Part shown: in pieces, positions 41,660 through 54,968 of the stretch | Position numbering within the stretch: the stretch's first letter is position 1 | Layout of the letters: each line of letters begins with the position of its first letter | NCBI RefSeq assembly: GCF_006345805.1 | Contig: NC_043001.1 | Span: 92,380,001-92,444,000, forward strand | From: Octopus sinensis | Taxonomy: Eukaryota | Direction: 5' to 3' | Length of the DNA stretch: 64,000 nt | The notes under the pieces: model-generated | Database searches by the model: none | The model's input: the letters and a program-made list of their open reading frames with translations, nothing else | Told to the model about the DNA's origin: nothing | Made by a program: the position numbers and the translations under genes

Positions 41660-41680
41660 CTACGGGAGGTGCACTGGGTG
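41660..41680 (+). CDS. 21-nt micro-exon (stalk, STGGALG)
   Basis: Strong acceptor ctttcttttgtag| and donor GTG|gtaagt. Phase 1-1, keeps frame between the Ig exon and the TM exon. Confidence 0.65.
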
Positions 41681-41755
41681 GTAAGTAATATATATTTTGA
41701 AAGTATTTTTTATTGATGATAGAATTCAAAGTATTGTATATTATCTTATGAACAG

Positions 41756-41799
<44 letters not shown>

Positions 41800-42059
41800 T
41801 ATAGTCACTTCTTTAAATACATACATGTATACAAATATACACAAACATACGGGAAATCATGATAAGCATAAATTTATAATATTAGTTCATACGCATATTT
41901 CTCCTTTATGGTTGCTTGGGATCCTGAATTTAATGTTCTATGTGTATTTGTGTACCTAAACAGAACAGATCATACGGGAATACTTTATTGCATTAAGTTG
42001 CAGGGAACTAATGCCAAGAATTGTGTAGATCATGAGGAATTATATAAGCATTGTGTGGC

Positions 42060-42565
42060 GGCGCAATGGCCCAGTGGTAGGGCAGCGGACTCGCGGTCGT
42101 AGGATCGCGGTTTCGATTCCCAGACCGGACATTGTGAGTATTTATTGAGCGAAAACACATTAAGCTCCACAAGGCTCCGGCAGGGGGTGGTGGTGAACCC
42201 TGCTCTACTCTTTCACCACAACTTTCTCTCACTCTTTCTTCCTGTTTCTGTTGTACCTGTATTTCAAAGGGCCAGCCTTGTCACTCTGTTTCACGCTGAA
42301 TCTCCTCGAGAACTACGATAAGGGTACACGTGTCTGTGGAGTGCTCAGCCACTTGCACGTTAATAAATGAGCTGCGACGTCACTGGTGCCAAGCTGTATC
42401 GGCCTTTGCCTTCCCCTTGGATAACATCGGTGGCGTGGAGAGGGAGGCTGGTATGCGTGGGCGACTGCTGGTCTTCCATAAACAACCTTGCTCAGACTTG
42501 TGCCTCGGAGGGTAACTTTCTAGGTGCAATCCCATGGTCATTCATGACCGAAGGGGGTCACAAAA
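42060..42565 (+). mobile_element. SINE-C (tRNA-derived head)
   Basis: ggcgcaatggcccagtggtagggcagcggactcgcggtcg..ggtttcgattccc; TSD atataagcattgtg. A related copy with a different tail lies at 58540-58846 (-). Confidence 0.8.
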
Positions 42566-42834
42566 TATAAGCATTGTGAGAGGGAAATAGAAAGAAAGCA
42601 ATTGGCAGTGAAAGAAAAAGTGAGATTAAAAAATAAGAGAGAAAGTGGGTGAAAGGGAGACAGAGAAGACAAATGGAGAATGAAGAGAGAAAAAGAAGAC
42701 AGAACAGAAAAAGGGAGAAAGAAATGCAGAGAAAACAGGAAGAAATTTAAAAAAAACGGAAGAGAAACAAGAAGGGAAGGAAGAAATAGTAAGTTGGACA
42801 ACAACAAAAGGGATAAATAAAAATATGAAAATAT

Positions 42835-43192
42835 GAGCAAAACGCCCCCCGTCCAATGGACGGTGCTGAGTTGTCAAAATTTTAAACCAAATTTTCTCAA
42901 AACAACTTGTCCGACCGTTCCATAGGCCTCCCCTTTGAGAAAAACTGATTTAACCTAAATTTGAGACACCAGCAACAGAAGAAATAAAGACAGACATTTT
43001 CTCGCGTACGCGTAGTATCGATCGGAACAGCTGATGTACTTGCGCGTACAAATGCATGTTCCCACGTGCATTCTCACCTGGAATCGATTTTTGAAAATTT
43101 TTCAAGACTTATACACGCCTTGATACCGTCGGTATCTACATATCAAATTTAAGCGCAATCGGATGGAGGATGCACGAAATCCTAGAAGACAC

Positions 43193-43225
<33 letters not shown>

Positions 43226-43245
43226 AAAGATTTTATATAATAGAT
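42835..43245 (+). mobile_element. HINE/Helitron-like element (paralog of 27290-27619)
   Basis: Shared core, (ACAG)n and ttttatataatagat end. Confidence 0.6.
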
Positions 43246-43382
43246 ATAGCATTCGTGATAAAGTAAGTGAAATTAATATAATTGATTAATTAAATAAAGT
43301 AGTTAATAAATAGATACAGCCAATGGATAGAGAAAAATAAAAAAATGCGTAGTAGGAAAGAGAGCAATGTGTGTGTGTGTGT

Positions 43383-43420
<38 letters not shown>

Positions 43421-45456
43421 TGTGTGTTTGTGTGTGCATTTGTGTGTGTGTTTGTGTTTTTCGTAATATCTCCTACATTTGCTCCATATATATCATAACT
43501 ACTAATATCATCAAGTATAGTAGTTGCTTAGGCACTATACTGGAAGTAGATTAGATAATCTTCGTGGGTCTCTAAACTCAAGAATAGCAGTCGTACATTT
43601 TCTTAGTGAACATAAGATACAATATATCCAATCGTATATAAATTCACGCAGTCAGGTATATGTGCACGCATACATAAGCATATTCATATACATACATATA
43701 AATGCATGAATATGGACGTATGCTCATTAACATATGCTGTAGCTGCTGCTATCACAACTACTACTACTACTACCGCCACCACTACTACTAATAATAATAC
43801 TGCTGCTGCTGAAGTTGTTGCCATTATTGTTAGAATGATCCAGTAGATTTCTCACCTTAATTCCAATTGCTTATCCTTTTGCAGACCCTTCTGTTAATCG
43901 TAGAAGGATCGCATATTTGAGAGGTTGAGGTAGGTGGGCTCGGTTGCATGCATTTGAACCAGGCCTTCGAGCCCAGAATTTTTGAGACCTTTCCATGTTT
44001 CTAAGTTTCCTTTTGTGTTTGACGTCGATTATAAAATCTCCCGGACATTTCGTTTATCCTGTTGGTTGTCACTGAAAGGAGTAGATTTGAGTATGTCATA
44101 TAGGAGGTCATGTACGACTGCATCTTGCTTTTCAGATAGTCGAGATGAATTCAATTATTTTACTGGATCAGACAGGTTATCGTTTGCAAGACTTCGTACT
44201 TCGGATCTGCATGTGCAAACAGTTTAGTGAAGTGCATAGACTTGAGACGAAACAGTGACGTCGAAAGATGTTTTGTTTTATTTACACAGACTAAAAATTG
44301 TGGAGCCACCCTGATAACATTATTAACAAGCTAATACAGAGTTATTTTGGTTGAGAAGAAGCCGATATGAGTATTCTGTAGGAGGTCCCAGGATCCTCTT
44401 TGGGATGGATCAATGAAAAAAACTGAAATTTGTGTCATGAAAGAACAGTACATGAAGGTATATTTTGCTTTCCTGACTACTACTTAGCATAAGTTGTGGT
44501 TGCAGGACACCAGGTCGTAGTTTTTCGCTCATTTGAGGAGTTTAAAGGCAACTGCATACAAACACCTTAAGAGGTGTGAGAAAATAGAGCAAGACACACA
44601 TGTAGTGCGGACTACAGGAATCGAAAATCTTTATTGAATACATGATTAGAAGGATGAATTTTGGGGACGATGGGTGCCGCGTAAGTACCAACCCTACACT
44701 TATTAAATAGGAGCTATTGTAGTGTCTATTCTGGTATGTACAGATGGGTTTAGGGTTACATTTCTTAGTTAGAAGTATACAATATGTTTTCGAAGACGGT
44801 AAGTAGAGTCAAGGGTGGCACGCTGGCAGAATCGTTAGCACACCGGGCGAAATGTGTAGCCGTATTGCGTCTGCCGTTACGTTCTGAGTTCAAATTCCGC
44901 CGAGGACGACTTTGCTTTTCATCCTTTCGGGGTCGATAAATTAAGTACCGGTTACGCACTGGGGTCGATATAATCGACTTAATCTGTTTGTCTGTCCTTG
45001 TTTGTCCCCTATGTGTTTAGCCCCTTGTGGGTAGTAAATAAATAGGTAAGTAGGGTCGAGAAAAGAAGTTGTTTGCGGTGACAGAAATGTTTCTGATGGG
45101 AATATTGCTGGGCTTATAACTGAGTGTGAGGATGGTGCTGCTAATGATAATGATGGTTTGATGTTAATATATTTGAAAATAATAACTATTATTATCATGC
45201 TTACCTCCCCTCTCACATCAGTTCTAATCGGAGCAAACCTACAATCAAAGGAATACGAATAAGACTACATTATCCATTGAGTTTTCCGTTGTTCAGTACG
45301 GGTTGTGATTCGAGAGCGATATGAATACTGTTTTGTAACAGGCAGATTGCCTAAAGAGTTCCCTACCTTGGCTTGCATCGTGTGAAATGTATAATGATAT
45401 TGAAATGCATGCATAATATTTTAATGAAATTTGTATTTGCTTATCTTGTATTGTAG

Positions 45457-45609
45457 ATAACTTGGAGTACGTTGTAATTATAAGTTTGTTGATTCTTCTC
45501 CTGATTGCCGTGATTATCTTTAATGGTATATGTTTTATGACGTCTGTAGGACGTCACTACTGGCTTAAAAGGGCAGATACGTTTGAGAGTACAACGTCAA
45601 CTCAGAGAT
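45457..45609 (+). CDS. Exon: transmembrane helix and short cytoplasmic tail
   Basis: Acceptor cttgtattgtag|AT, donor AGAT|gtaagt. 153 nt, phase 1-1: (D)NLEYVVIISLLILLLIAVIIFNGICFMTSVGRHYWLKRADTFESTTSTQR. A hydrophobic run of about 22 aa is followed by basic residues. Confidence 0.8.
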
Positions 45610-45839
45610 GTAAGTAAATAATAATGCAAATTGTCTATATACGTATATGTGTATGTATATACATATGTACATATATATGAACATACACAAGCACACACAC
45701 ACATACGCACGTACACACACGCACACAACCAAACACGCATGCACACACACACACACATCATATATATATATACATTTATGTATTATTCTTTTACTCGTTT
45801 CAGCCATGCGGTAACAGTCATGCTGGAGCACCACCGTAG

Positions 45840-46035
45840 TATTTCTGATTTCTTCAGTCTGGGGTGTTTCATACTACCACTCCTGTATGTGCCTTTGTCC
45901 AAGCTGTTGGCCAGTTTGGTGTATAAGGAAGTGTGATTCTGTTGCCCTCATCTCTATATCATCTTGAGTTCATCCGGAATGATGAAGAAGAAGTTGTCTA
46001 GTTCCTTTTTGAAGACATTTACTTCCACCTTATGC
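45840..46035 (-). mobile_element. CR1/L2-like 3' fragment
   Basis: LPQNLRNL...FKKELDNFF..IPDE. Confidence 0.55.
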
Positions 46036-46924
46036 AGATTTCTTAAATTTTGTGGCAGGACATATATATATATATATACAAGTGTGTGTGTGTGTGTGTG
46101 TGGATGTTTATATATACTCGTAATATGTATACATATGTATGTATCAAAATAGAGAGAGAAAACGCGGCGAGCTGGCAGAATCGTTAACACGCCGGGCAAG
46201 ATACGTAGCTGTATGTCGTCTGCCGTTACGTTCTGAGTTCAAATTCCGCCGAGGTCGACTTTACCTTTCATCCTTTCGGGGTCGATAAATTAAGTACCAG
46301 TTACGCACTGGGGTCGATGTAATCGACTTAATCCGTTTGTCTGTCCTTGTTTGTCCCCTCTATGTTTAGCCCCTTGTGGGTAATAATAAAAAAAGAAAAT
46401 AGAGAGAGAAAAAAGGCGAGTGAGCAAGACACGTAATGCTGATATCACGTTGCTTTATGGAATTTTCCAAAAAGAATCTGTCTTAGTAAGTCAGCTTGGT
46501 TGTACTATACCCTAAAGGACCCCTTTTCCCCCTATTTTAATATCATGTCAAAATAAACAGCACATGCTGTTACAGGTGATGCCCAGTTAGAATTTTCTTT
46601 AGGTTGAGTATCCCATCTCACTCAAAAGGTGCTGGATAAGATTTGGCAAGTATGTGGCTCGTAGCAAACAAGCTGATGTCGACCAGAAACACATGCATCA
46701 ATGGTTACGAAGCTCAGGGCTAAAAGCAGAGAGTGAAGATGATGAATGAAACAACCATTTTTCCCGGTGTGAATTATTTAAACCCACAAAACTCTCTTTC
46801 TACATATGCGTCATATATATAAAGATAAATCATGTACATGATGACTCTTCCAATCAGTTAAAAACAGAAGCGATGAGAGCCACTGTCTGGTATTGCATCA
46901 GGGCATTTATTATTATTATTTTTT

Positions 46925-48890
46925 TTTTTCCTTCTTTCAAATTTGCTTCCATTTCTTGCTGAGTGTCTTCCCGACTCCTAGGGCAAAGAAACTCATAGTA
47001 TACATTGGTAGGCCAACATTGGTAGACCATTAAACTAAACTCACTAGTTCGTTCATTTTTTTTTAAGTTAAATTAAAATACATGGGTAGTAATAGTTCTC
47101 ACATCGACAATGCTCTTCTCAATACGTGTGATGTACCAGTTAAGACAATCTTTTGCACTTCTTGCAGGGATGGTAAGCTAGGGATCATTCTCATATAATT
47201 TTCGGTTCCCTTCTTGATCATTCCTAGTGCTCCTACGATCACTGGTATTGTAACCGCCTTGAGATGCCACATTTTCTCAATTTCAATGAGCAGGTCTTTA
47301 TATTTTCTGAGCTTGTCAAACTCTTTCGCCGAGATATTATGATCACAGGGGATGCTCATGTCGATCAATAAGCAAACTTTATTGTTTTGGTCTTTCACAA
47401 CAATATCCGGTTTATTGGTTTTGATGGTTCGGTCTGTATGTACTAGAAAGTCCCACAGAATCGTTACATTTTCTCCTTCAGTTACAGCTTCAGGGTGGTG
47501 ATTATACCACTTGTCGGCAGTTTTGATATTGTAATGCCGACTTATTAGCCAGTGTAGATATCGGCCAACTCTGTCATGTCTTAATTTATACTCCACTGGT
47601 GCTAAGACTTTACATCCAGAGATTAGGTGGTCCACTGTTTCAATCATGTCGTTGCAGAATCGGCATTTTGGGTCTGCTCCATTTTTCATCACATTGGCCT
47701 GGTTGTTCCGGGTTAATAGGCTTTGATATTGAGCAGCCAGGATGAAACCTTCGCTCTCTGCTTTTAGCCCTGAGCTCCGTAGCCACTGATGGGTTTGCTT
47801 CTGGTCAACATCAGCTTGTTTGCTGCGGGCCACATATTTGCCGTGCAGAGGTTTCTCCTCCCACCTATCAGCCAATTGCTCGTGCGCTTTTTTCGTTGCC
47901 ATTATTTTCACCTTCTTTGCAACAATAGTTGCCGTACTTCCCTCGGGTTGTTCAGTTTGGGTATCCTGCACGAGATCAATAGCAAATTTTTTGCTTTCCT
48001 TGATGATAGAATGAAGCTTCTTTCGTCTTTCGTGATTTTCCACGAGCTTTAGCATCCAGTCATTCGTTATTTCGAGATATTTGGCCAGTCCAATTGTGGT
48101 TGTTTTGTAAGCTAGTTCAAATTGGATCAGGCCTTGACCTCATTGGGCTCTGGGAAGGTAAAGGCGATCTACGTCTGCCTTTGGGTGGTGCATCCTATTA
48201 CAACTCAGCAGCTTGCGTATTTTCCTATCTATATTCTTTACTTCACTCATATTCCAGTTCAACACATTGTAGCTATAAGTAACAACTGGAACTGCTAAGG
48301 AATTTATAGCTAACACCTTGTTACGTGCATTTAGTTCAGATTTCAGGACTGCACAAACTCTCCTATAACATTCCTTCCTGATCTTCTCTTTCATGTTTGC
48401 ATGCTGAATACCAGAGCCTTCATTTATCCCTATTATGTGTATGTTTTTTTCTTGCTCAAGCTCTCTTATGACTGTGTCAACATCTAACACGACTGAATTT
48501 GTGGTCTTCACTTTCCCTTTCTCGAAAGTGGCCTTGGCACACTTCTCAAGCCCAAATTCCATCCCGATGTCATCGCTGAATGCTTTCACAATGTGCAATA
48601 GGCCTTCAAGTTCATTATCGTCTTTACCATAGAGTTTTAAGTCATCCATATAAAAATAGATGGCTTATTTTTTTATTGGCAATTTTATACCCATACCCTG
48701 TTCTGTTTAATTCACTTGTAAGGGGTATTAGGGCTATGCAGAATATTAAAGGTGAAAGTGAGTCACCTTGAAAAATTCCACAGTTGATGTTTGTATTTTC
48801 TGAGGCAAGTACTCCATTAGAGTGGTATAATTGGAGATTCGTATTCCACAACGACATATTGTGCTTCAGGAAGCTTGAAATCACAGGGGA
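46925..48890 (-). mobile_element. R4/Dong-like retrotransposon (family C), RT + RLE
   Basis: GIFQGDSLSPLIF, YMDDLKLY, and ORF 47099-48055 with CRFC finger and KPDIVV..IDMSIP. Confidence 0.92.
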
Positions 48891-48891
48891 A

Positions 48892-48956
<65 letters not shown>

Positions 48957-48964
48957 CATTGTCA

Positions 48965-50410
48965 TTTACTTTTAATCTGCATGTTTGATGCAATCACCTG
49001 CCGGGGCACACCCAGCGCCCTAGGGCAAGTGAAGGTTAAGAGTTGTTGAAATATAGCTGAAAGCTTGGGGAGGGGAAGTAGAGATATATCTCCATGTAAT
49101 GCAAACACAGACATTTACATTGATAGGGTTTTTCTAAGGATGTGGGCAGTACTTGTTAGCACAATCTTTTGGATTTCCTTGAGACATCGTTTTCCAGGGA
49201 TATTGTCTAGGTGTTTCTGACATCCCTTTTTTTATCATACCTAGGGCACCTACAATAACAGGAACAGTTTTTGTTTTAAGATTCCACATCCTCTGTATTT
49301 CGATTTCCAGGTCCTTATATTTACTAAGTTTGTCAAATTCCTTGACAGATACATTTTTATCAGTGGGGACGCTTACTTCTATTAGTCTGCAGGTATTTTC
49401 TTCCCTGTCTTTAACAATTATGTCTGGTCGATTAGCCTTGATCGTTCTGTCAGTGTTGACTGGAAAATCCCAGAGGATGGTGACATCTTTACCTTCAACA
49501 ACTGGCTGAGGATGGTGTTCATACCAATTAGCAGGAGTGTCGGATTTGTAGTGTTTACATATCTTCCAATGTATATACTGTCCTACCCTATCGTGGCGAT
49601 TTTTGTATTCGTTTGGTGTCAGCACAGGACATCCCGAAACGAGATGGTCTATCGTTTCGTTAAATGTGTCGCAGAATCTGCATTTAGGGTCAGTACCGTT
49701 TCGGAGAACGTTAGCCTGGTAATTTCTGGTAAACAAGCTTTGATCTTGTGCTGCCATTATGAAACCTTCAGTCTCTGCTTTCAATCCAGAGCTCTTCAGC
49801 CACTGATGGGTTGTTGCTTGGTCTACATCAACATTTTGGCTTCGGAGAATATATTGTCCATGCAGGGGCTTCTGGCTCCACCGCTTCTCAATTTGATTCT
49901 GCCCGTTCTTTTTTGCAGTCTGCTTGATTCGCTTTGCTTGCTTGGTAGCAGTGGTTTCCGGCTCTTCATCTGATTCAAGGTTAATGTCTAGTTCCCTTTC
50001 GAACTTATAAGCTTCCTTGACAATAGAATGCAGCTTTTTGTTGCTTTCGTGTTCGCACACAAGTCGCAGCATCCAGTCCTTTGTACTAGATAGGTACCTG
50101 TTCATTCCTACAGTAGAGGTTTTATAGCACAGCTCTAATTGCATCATTCCTCTCCCCCCGCTGCTTCTAGGTAGGTACAAGCGGTCTACATCTGCCTTAG
50201 GGTGGTGCATGCTCTTGGATGTCAGTAACTTTCTTGTCTTCCTGTCTAAGCGTTGGAGTTCCGTAAGGTTCCAGTTAATGATATTAAAACTGTACTGGAC
50301 TACTGGAAGTGCCAGATGTTAATGGCCTCAATGCAATTTTTGGAGTTGAGTTCAGTCTTCAGTACAAGCCTTATTCTCCTATAGTATTCCTTTCTTATTT
50401 TTTCCTTCAT
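48965..50410 (-). mobile_element. R4/Dong-like retrotransposon (family D)
   Basis: ORF 49134-50210 with finger, RHD and RPDIIV..IEVSVP. Confidence 0.92.
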
Positions 50411-50503
50411 AGTAGCTTATTTTATTATTATTATTATTATTATTATCATCATCATTATTATTATTATTATTATCATTATTATTATCATTATTATTATTAT
50501 TAA

Positions 50504-50566
<63 letters not shown>

Positions 50567-50569
50567 TAC

Positions 50570-50600
<31 letters not shown>

Positions 50601-50603
<3 letters not shown>

Positions 50604-52132
50604 TAGTTTTATTTTTATAGCGTGCTTTCACTTCACTACCGAGCGCAGCTCTGTGTGCCTTGGGTATGTGCTGTGATTTGTTGTGATGCTCTGATGGTTA
50701 TTGTATGGAAAGTGTTCTGCGTAGGATGTGTGCAGTGCCTAGTAGTGCAATTTTCTGTATGTTATATGTGTTTGTAAGTCCTGGTGTTTTTGTTATGTAT
50801 TTGTCTGAATATTTTTTTATCATGCCTTATGCACCTACTATGATAGGAATTGTTTGTTTTCAGGTTCCACATTCTAGTTACCTCTATTTCCAGCTCTTTG
50901 TATTTTGAGAGTTTCTCCATTCCTTTTAGAGACACGTTGTCATCTGCCGGTATTGATACATCAATTAGAAAGCATTTTATTTCTTCATGGTCTCTGACAA
51001 CTATATCTGGTCTGTTGGCCTTAATTTCTCTATCTGTGTGTATCGGCATATCCCAGAGTATGGTTGCTTTCTCGTTTTCTGTGACCTTTTCTGGTGTGTG
51101 CCTATACCATCTTTTTTCTGTTGTTATTCCATAATGTTGGCATAGCTTCCAATGTATGTAGGTTCCAACTCTGTCATGTCTGTGAATATATTCCTTCTTA
51201 ACCAGGACTGGGCAGCTAGAGATAATATGATTTATTGTTTCTTGTCCATCTCCACATATTCTGCAGTTACTTGTAATATTTCGTTTCATTACATGTTTTT
51301 GGTAATTTCTGGTGGGGAGGCTTTGGTCTTGTGCTGCAATTAAAAATCCCTCTGTCTCTGCTTTGAGTCCTGAGCTTCTCAACCATTGCTGGGATTTTTC
51401 TTTGTCTATTTCTTTTGCGTTTAGTTTAGTGCAGTATTGACCATGAAGGGGCTTTTCTTGCCATCGTTTTATCATGGCTCGTTGCTGTTCTATTTTTAGT
51501 TTGGATTTCATTTGTTTTATAGCTTTTGTTGTTTCTTCATCATCTTCTTCTTCTTCTTTGTGTTTATTAGGTGGTATGATTTCTTGTTTGTATTTGTCAG
51601 CTTCCTTAATACTGAGAACAGTTTTTTGTTTTGCTCGTGTTTTGCTGCTATCTGGATCAGTTTTCCTTCCTTCTGAAGTAGGTATTTTTGCAGTCCTATG
51701 GTGGTTATTTTATAGTAGTTTTCCAGCTGTATAAGGCCTCTACCACCTTCTATACGTTGTATATATAGTCTTTCTATGTCAGATTTTGGGTGATGCATCC
51801 TAGATCCTGTCAGTATTTTTCTTGTTTTCCTATCTATTTTGGACAGTTCATTTCGTGTCCAGTTAAGGATATTGTAGCTGTAACTTATAACTGGGACAGC
51901 TAAAGTGTTGATACCTATTATCTTGTTTTTAGCATTGAGCTCTGTTTTTAGTATTGATCTAACTCGTCTATAATATTCTTTTTTTATTTTCTCTTTCATT
52001 TGTGTGTATTGTGTCTTATCTAGTTCATGGATTCCTAAGTATTTGTAAGTTTGGCTTTGGTCTAATTCTTTTATTTCATTGGTTTTATCTAGTGTGATGT
52101 TGTTACTCTTAACTAGTTTTCCTCTTTTCATG

Positions 52133-52134
<2 letters not shown>
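50601..52134 (-). mobile_element. R4/Dong-like family B copy
   Basis: Near-identical to 4178-5102 over the shared part; (ATT)n flanks. Confidence 0.92.
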
Positions 52135-52193
<59 letters not shown>

Positions 52194-52225
52194 TATCATT
52201 ATTATTATTATTATTATTATTATTG

Positions 52226-53610
52226 TTCAGTAGTTTTATTTTATAGCGTGCTTTCACTTCACTGCCGAGCGCAGCTCTGTGTGCCTTGGGTATGTGCTGT
52301 GATTTGTTGTGATGCTCTGATGGTTATTGTATGGAAAGTGTTCTGCGTAGGATGTGTGCAGTGCCTAGAAGTGCAATTTTCTGTATGTTATACGTGTTTG
52401 TAAGTCCTGGTGTTTTTGTTATGTATTTGTCTGAGTATTTTCTTATCATGCCTTATGCACCTACTATGATAGGAATTGTTTCTGTTTTTAGATTCCTCAT
52501 TCTGGTTACCTCTATTTCCAGGTCTTTGTATTTTGAAAGTTTCTCCTTTTCTTTTAGAGACACGTTGTCATCTGCCGGTATTGATACATCAATTAGAAAG
52601 CATTTTTTTCTTCATCATCTCTGACAACTATATCTGGTCTGTTGGCCTTAATTTCTCTATCTGTGTGTATCGGCATATCCCAGAGTATGGTTGCTTTCTC
52701 GTTTTCTGTGACCTTTTCTGGTGTGTACCTATACCATCTTTTTTTCTGTTGTTATTCCATAATATTGGCATCGCTTCCAGTGTATGTAGGTCCCACCTCT
52801 GTCGTGTCTGTGAATATATTCCTTCTTAACCAGGACTGGGCAGCCAGAGATAATATGATTTATTGTTTCTTGCCCATCTCCACATATTCTGCAGTTACTT
52901 GTTATTTTTCTTTTCATTACATGTTTTTGGTAATTTCTGGTGGGGAGGCTTTGGTCTTGTGCTGCAATTAAAAATCCCTCTGTCTCTGCTTTGAGTCCTG
53001 AGCTTCTCAACCATTGCTGGGATTTTTCTTTGTGTATTTCTTTTGCATTTAGTTTAGTCCAGTATTTGCCATGAAGGTGCTTTTCTTGCCATCGTTTTAT
53101 CATGGTCCGTTGCTGTTCTATTTTTAGTTTGGATTTCATTTGTATTATAGCTTTTGTTGTTTCTTCATCTTCTTCTTCTTCTTCATATTTATTAGGTGGT
53201 ATGATTTCTTCTTTGTATTTGTCAGCTTCTTTAAATACTGGGAACAGTTTTTTTGTTTTGCTCGTGTTTTGCCGCTATTTGGATCAATTTTCCTTCCTTG
53301 TGAAGTAGATATTTTTGCAGTCCTATGGTGGTTATTTTATAGTAGTTTTCTAGCTGTATAAGGCCTCTACCACCTTCTATACGTTGTATATATATAGTCT
53401 TTCTATGTCAGATTTTGGGTGATGCATCCTAGATCCTGTCAGTATTTTTCTTGTTTTCCTATCTATTTTGGTCAGTTCATTTAGTGTCCAGTTAAGGATA
53501 TTGTAGCTGTAACTTATAACTGGGACAGCTAAAGTGTTGATACCTATTATCTTGTTTTTAGCATTGAGCTCTGTTTTTAGTATTGATCTAACTCGTCTAT
53601 AATATTCTTT
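52226..53610 (-). mobile_element. R4/Dong-like family B copy
   Basis: Paralog of 50601-52134 with frameshifts. Confidence 0.9.
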
Positions 53611-53617
53611 ATTATTA

Positions 53618-53663
<46 letters not shown>

Positions 53664-53689
53664 CATTATTATTATTATTATTATTATTA

Positions 53690-53719
<30 letters not shown>

Positions 53720-53721
<2 letters not shown>

Positions 53722-54968
53722 TTTCCTTCTTTCTTCAAATTTTCTTCCGTTTCTCGCCGAGTGTTTTCCGTACACCTAGGACAAAGAAGCTCATTGTATG
53801 CATTCCCAGATTACACACGCAAATTCACAAGTAAAATATGTATTTAAGAAATTAATAAATAAATAAATTCATGAATGGATGTTGTTTTCACAGCGATAAT
53901 GCTCTTCTCGGTACATGAGTCGTTCCAGTTAACACGATTTTTTGCACTTCCTGTAGGGATGGTAAGCCTGGTACCATTTTGAAATAGGTTTCAGTACCTT
54001 TTTTTTTATCATTCCTAGAGACCCTACAATCATTGCTACTGTAATCGCCTTGCGATGCCACATTTTTTCAATTTCTATTAGCAAGTCTTTATATTTACTG
54101 ATCTCGTCAAATTCTTTCGTCGCAATATTGTGATCGCAAGGAATACTCATGTCAATTGATAAACACACCTTTTTTGTCTGATCTTTTATAGTAACATCCG
54201 GTTTATTAGCTTTTATAGTTTAATTAGTATGTACGGGGAAGTCCCAAAGAATCGACACATTTTCTCCCTCAATTACAACTTCAGGATGGTGTTTATACCA
54301 TTTATCAGCAGTTTTGATTTTATAATGCCGACATGTTGTCCAGTGTAAATACTGGCCGACTCTGTCATGTCTTGCTTTATATTCTACAGGTGCTAAGACT
54401 CTAAACCCTGAGATTAGGTGGTCTATAGTTTCGATCTCATCATTACAGAATCGGCATTTAGGGTCAGCTCCATTTTTTATCACATTAGCTTGGTAGTTCC
54501 GGGTTAATAAGCTTTGGTCTTGAGCAGCTAATATGAAACCTTCACTCTCTGATTTTGGCCCTGAGCTTCGTAACCATTGATGTCCACATCAGCTTGTTTG
54601 CTACGGCCACATACTTACCATGCAGAGGTTTCTGTTCCCATCTGCTAGCTAATTTTTCATGTGACTTTGTTTTTTCAATTAATTTTATTTTCTTTGCAGC
54701 AGCAGCAGCTAGCACAGCTCGTTCAACCTGATCAATCTGGTAGGTATCTGAGAGATCAGTAGCGAATATTTTGTTCTCTTTTAGAATAGAGTGAAGTTTT
54801 CTCGGTTTTTTACGTTTTTCAAAAAGTTTTAGCATCAAATCGTTGGTTGTTTCAATGTATTCGGCCAGTTCGATTGTGGTGGTTTTGTACGTAAGTTCAA
54901 GCTGGATCAAGCCTCGAACTTCCTGAGCTCTGGAAAGGTAAAGATGATCCACATTTGCTTTTGGATGT
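53720..54968 (-). mobile_element. R4/Dong-like family A copy
   Basis: Paralog of 2170-3555. Confidence 0.9.

Noticed and set aside
42060-42135. tRNA-like sequence (also 9004-9075 and 58770-58846)
   Set aside because: SINE heads: they continue into repeat bodies, one has a clear TSD, and none forms a proper acceptor stem.
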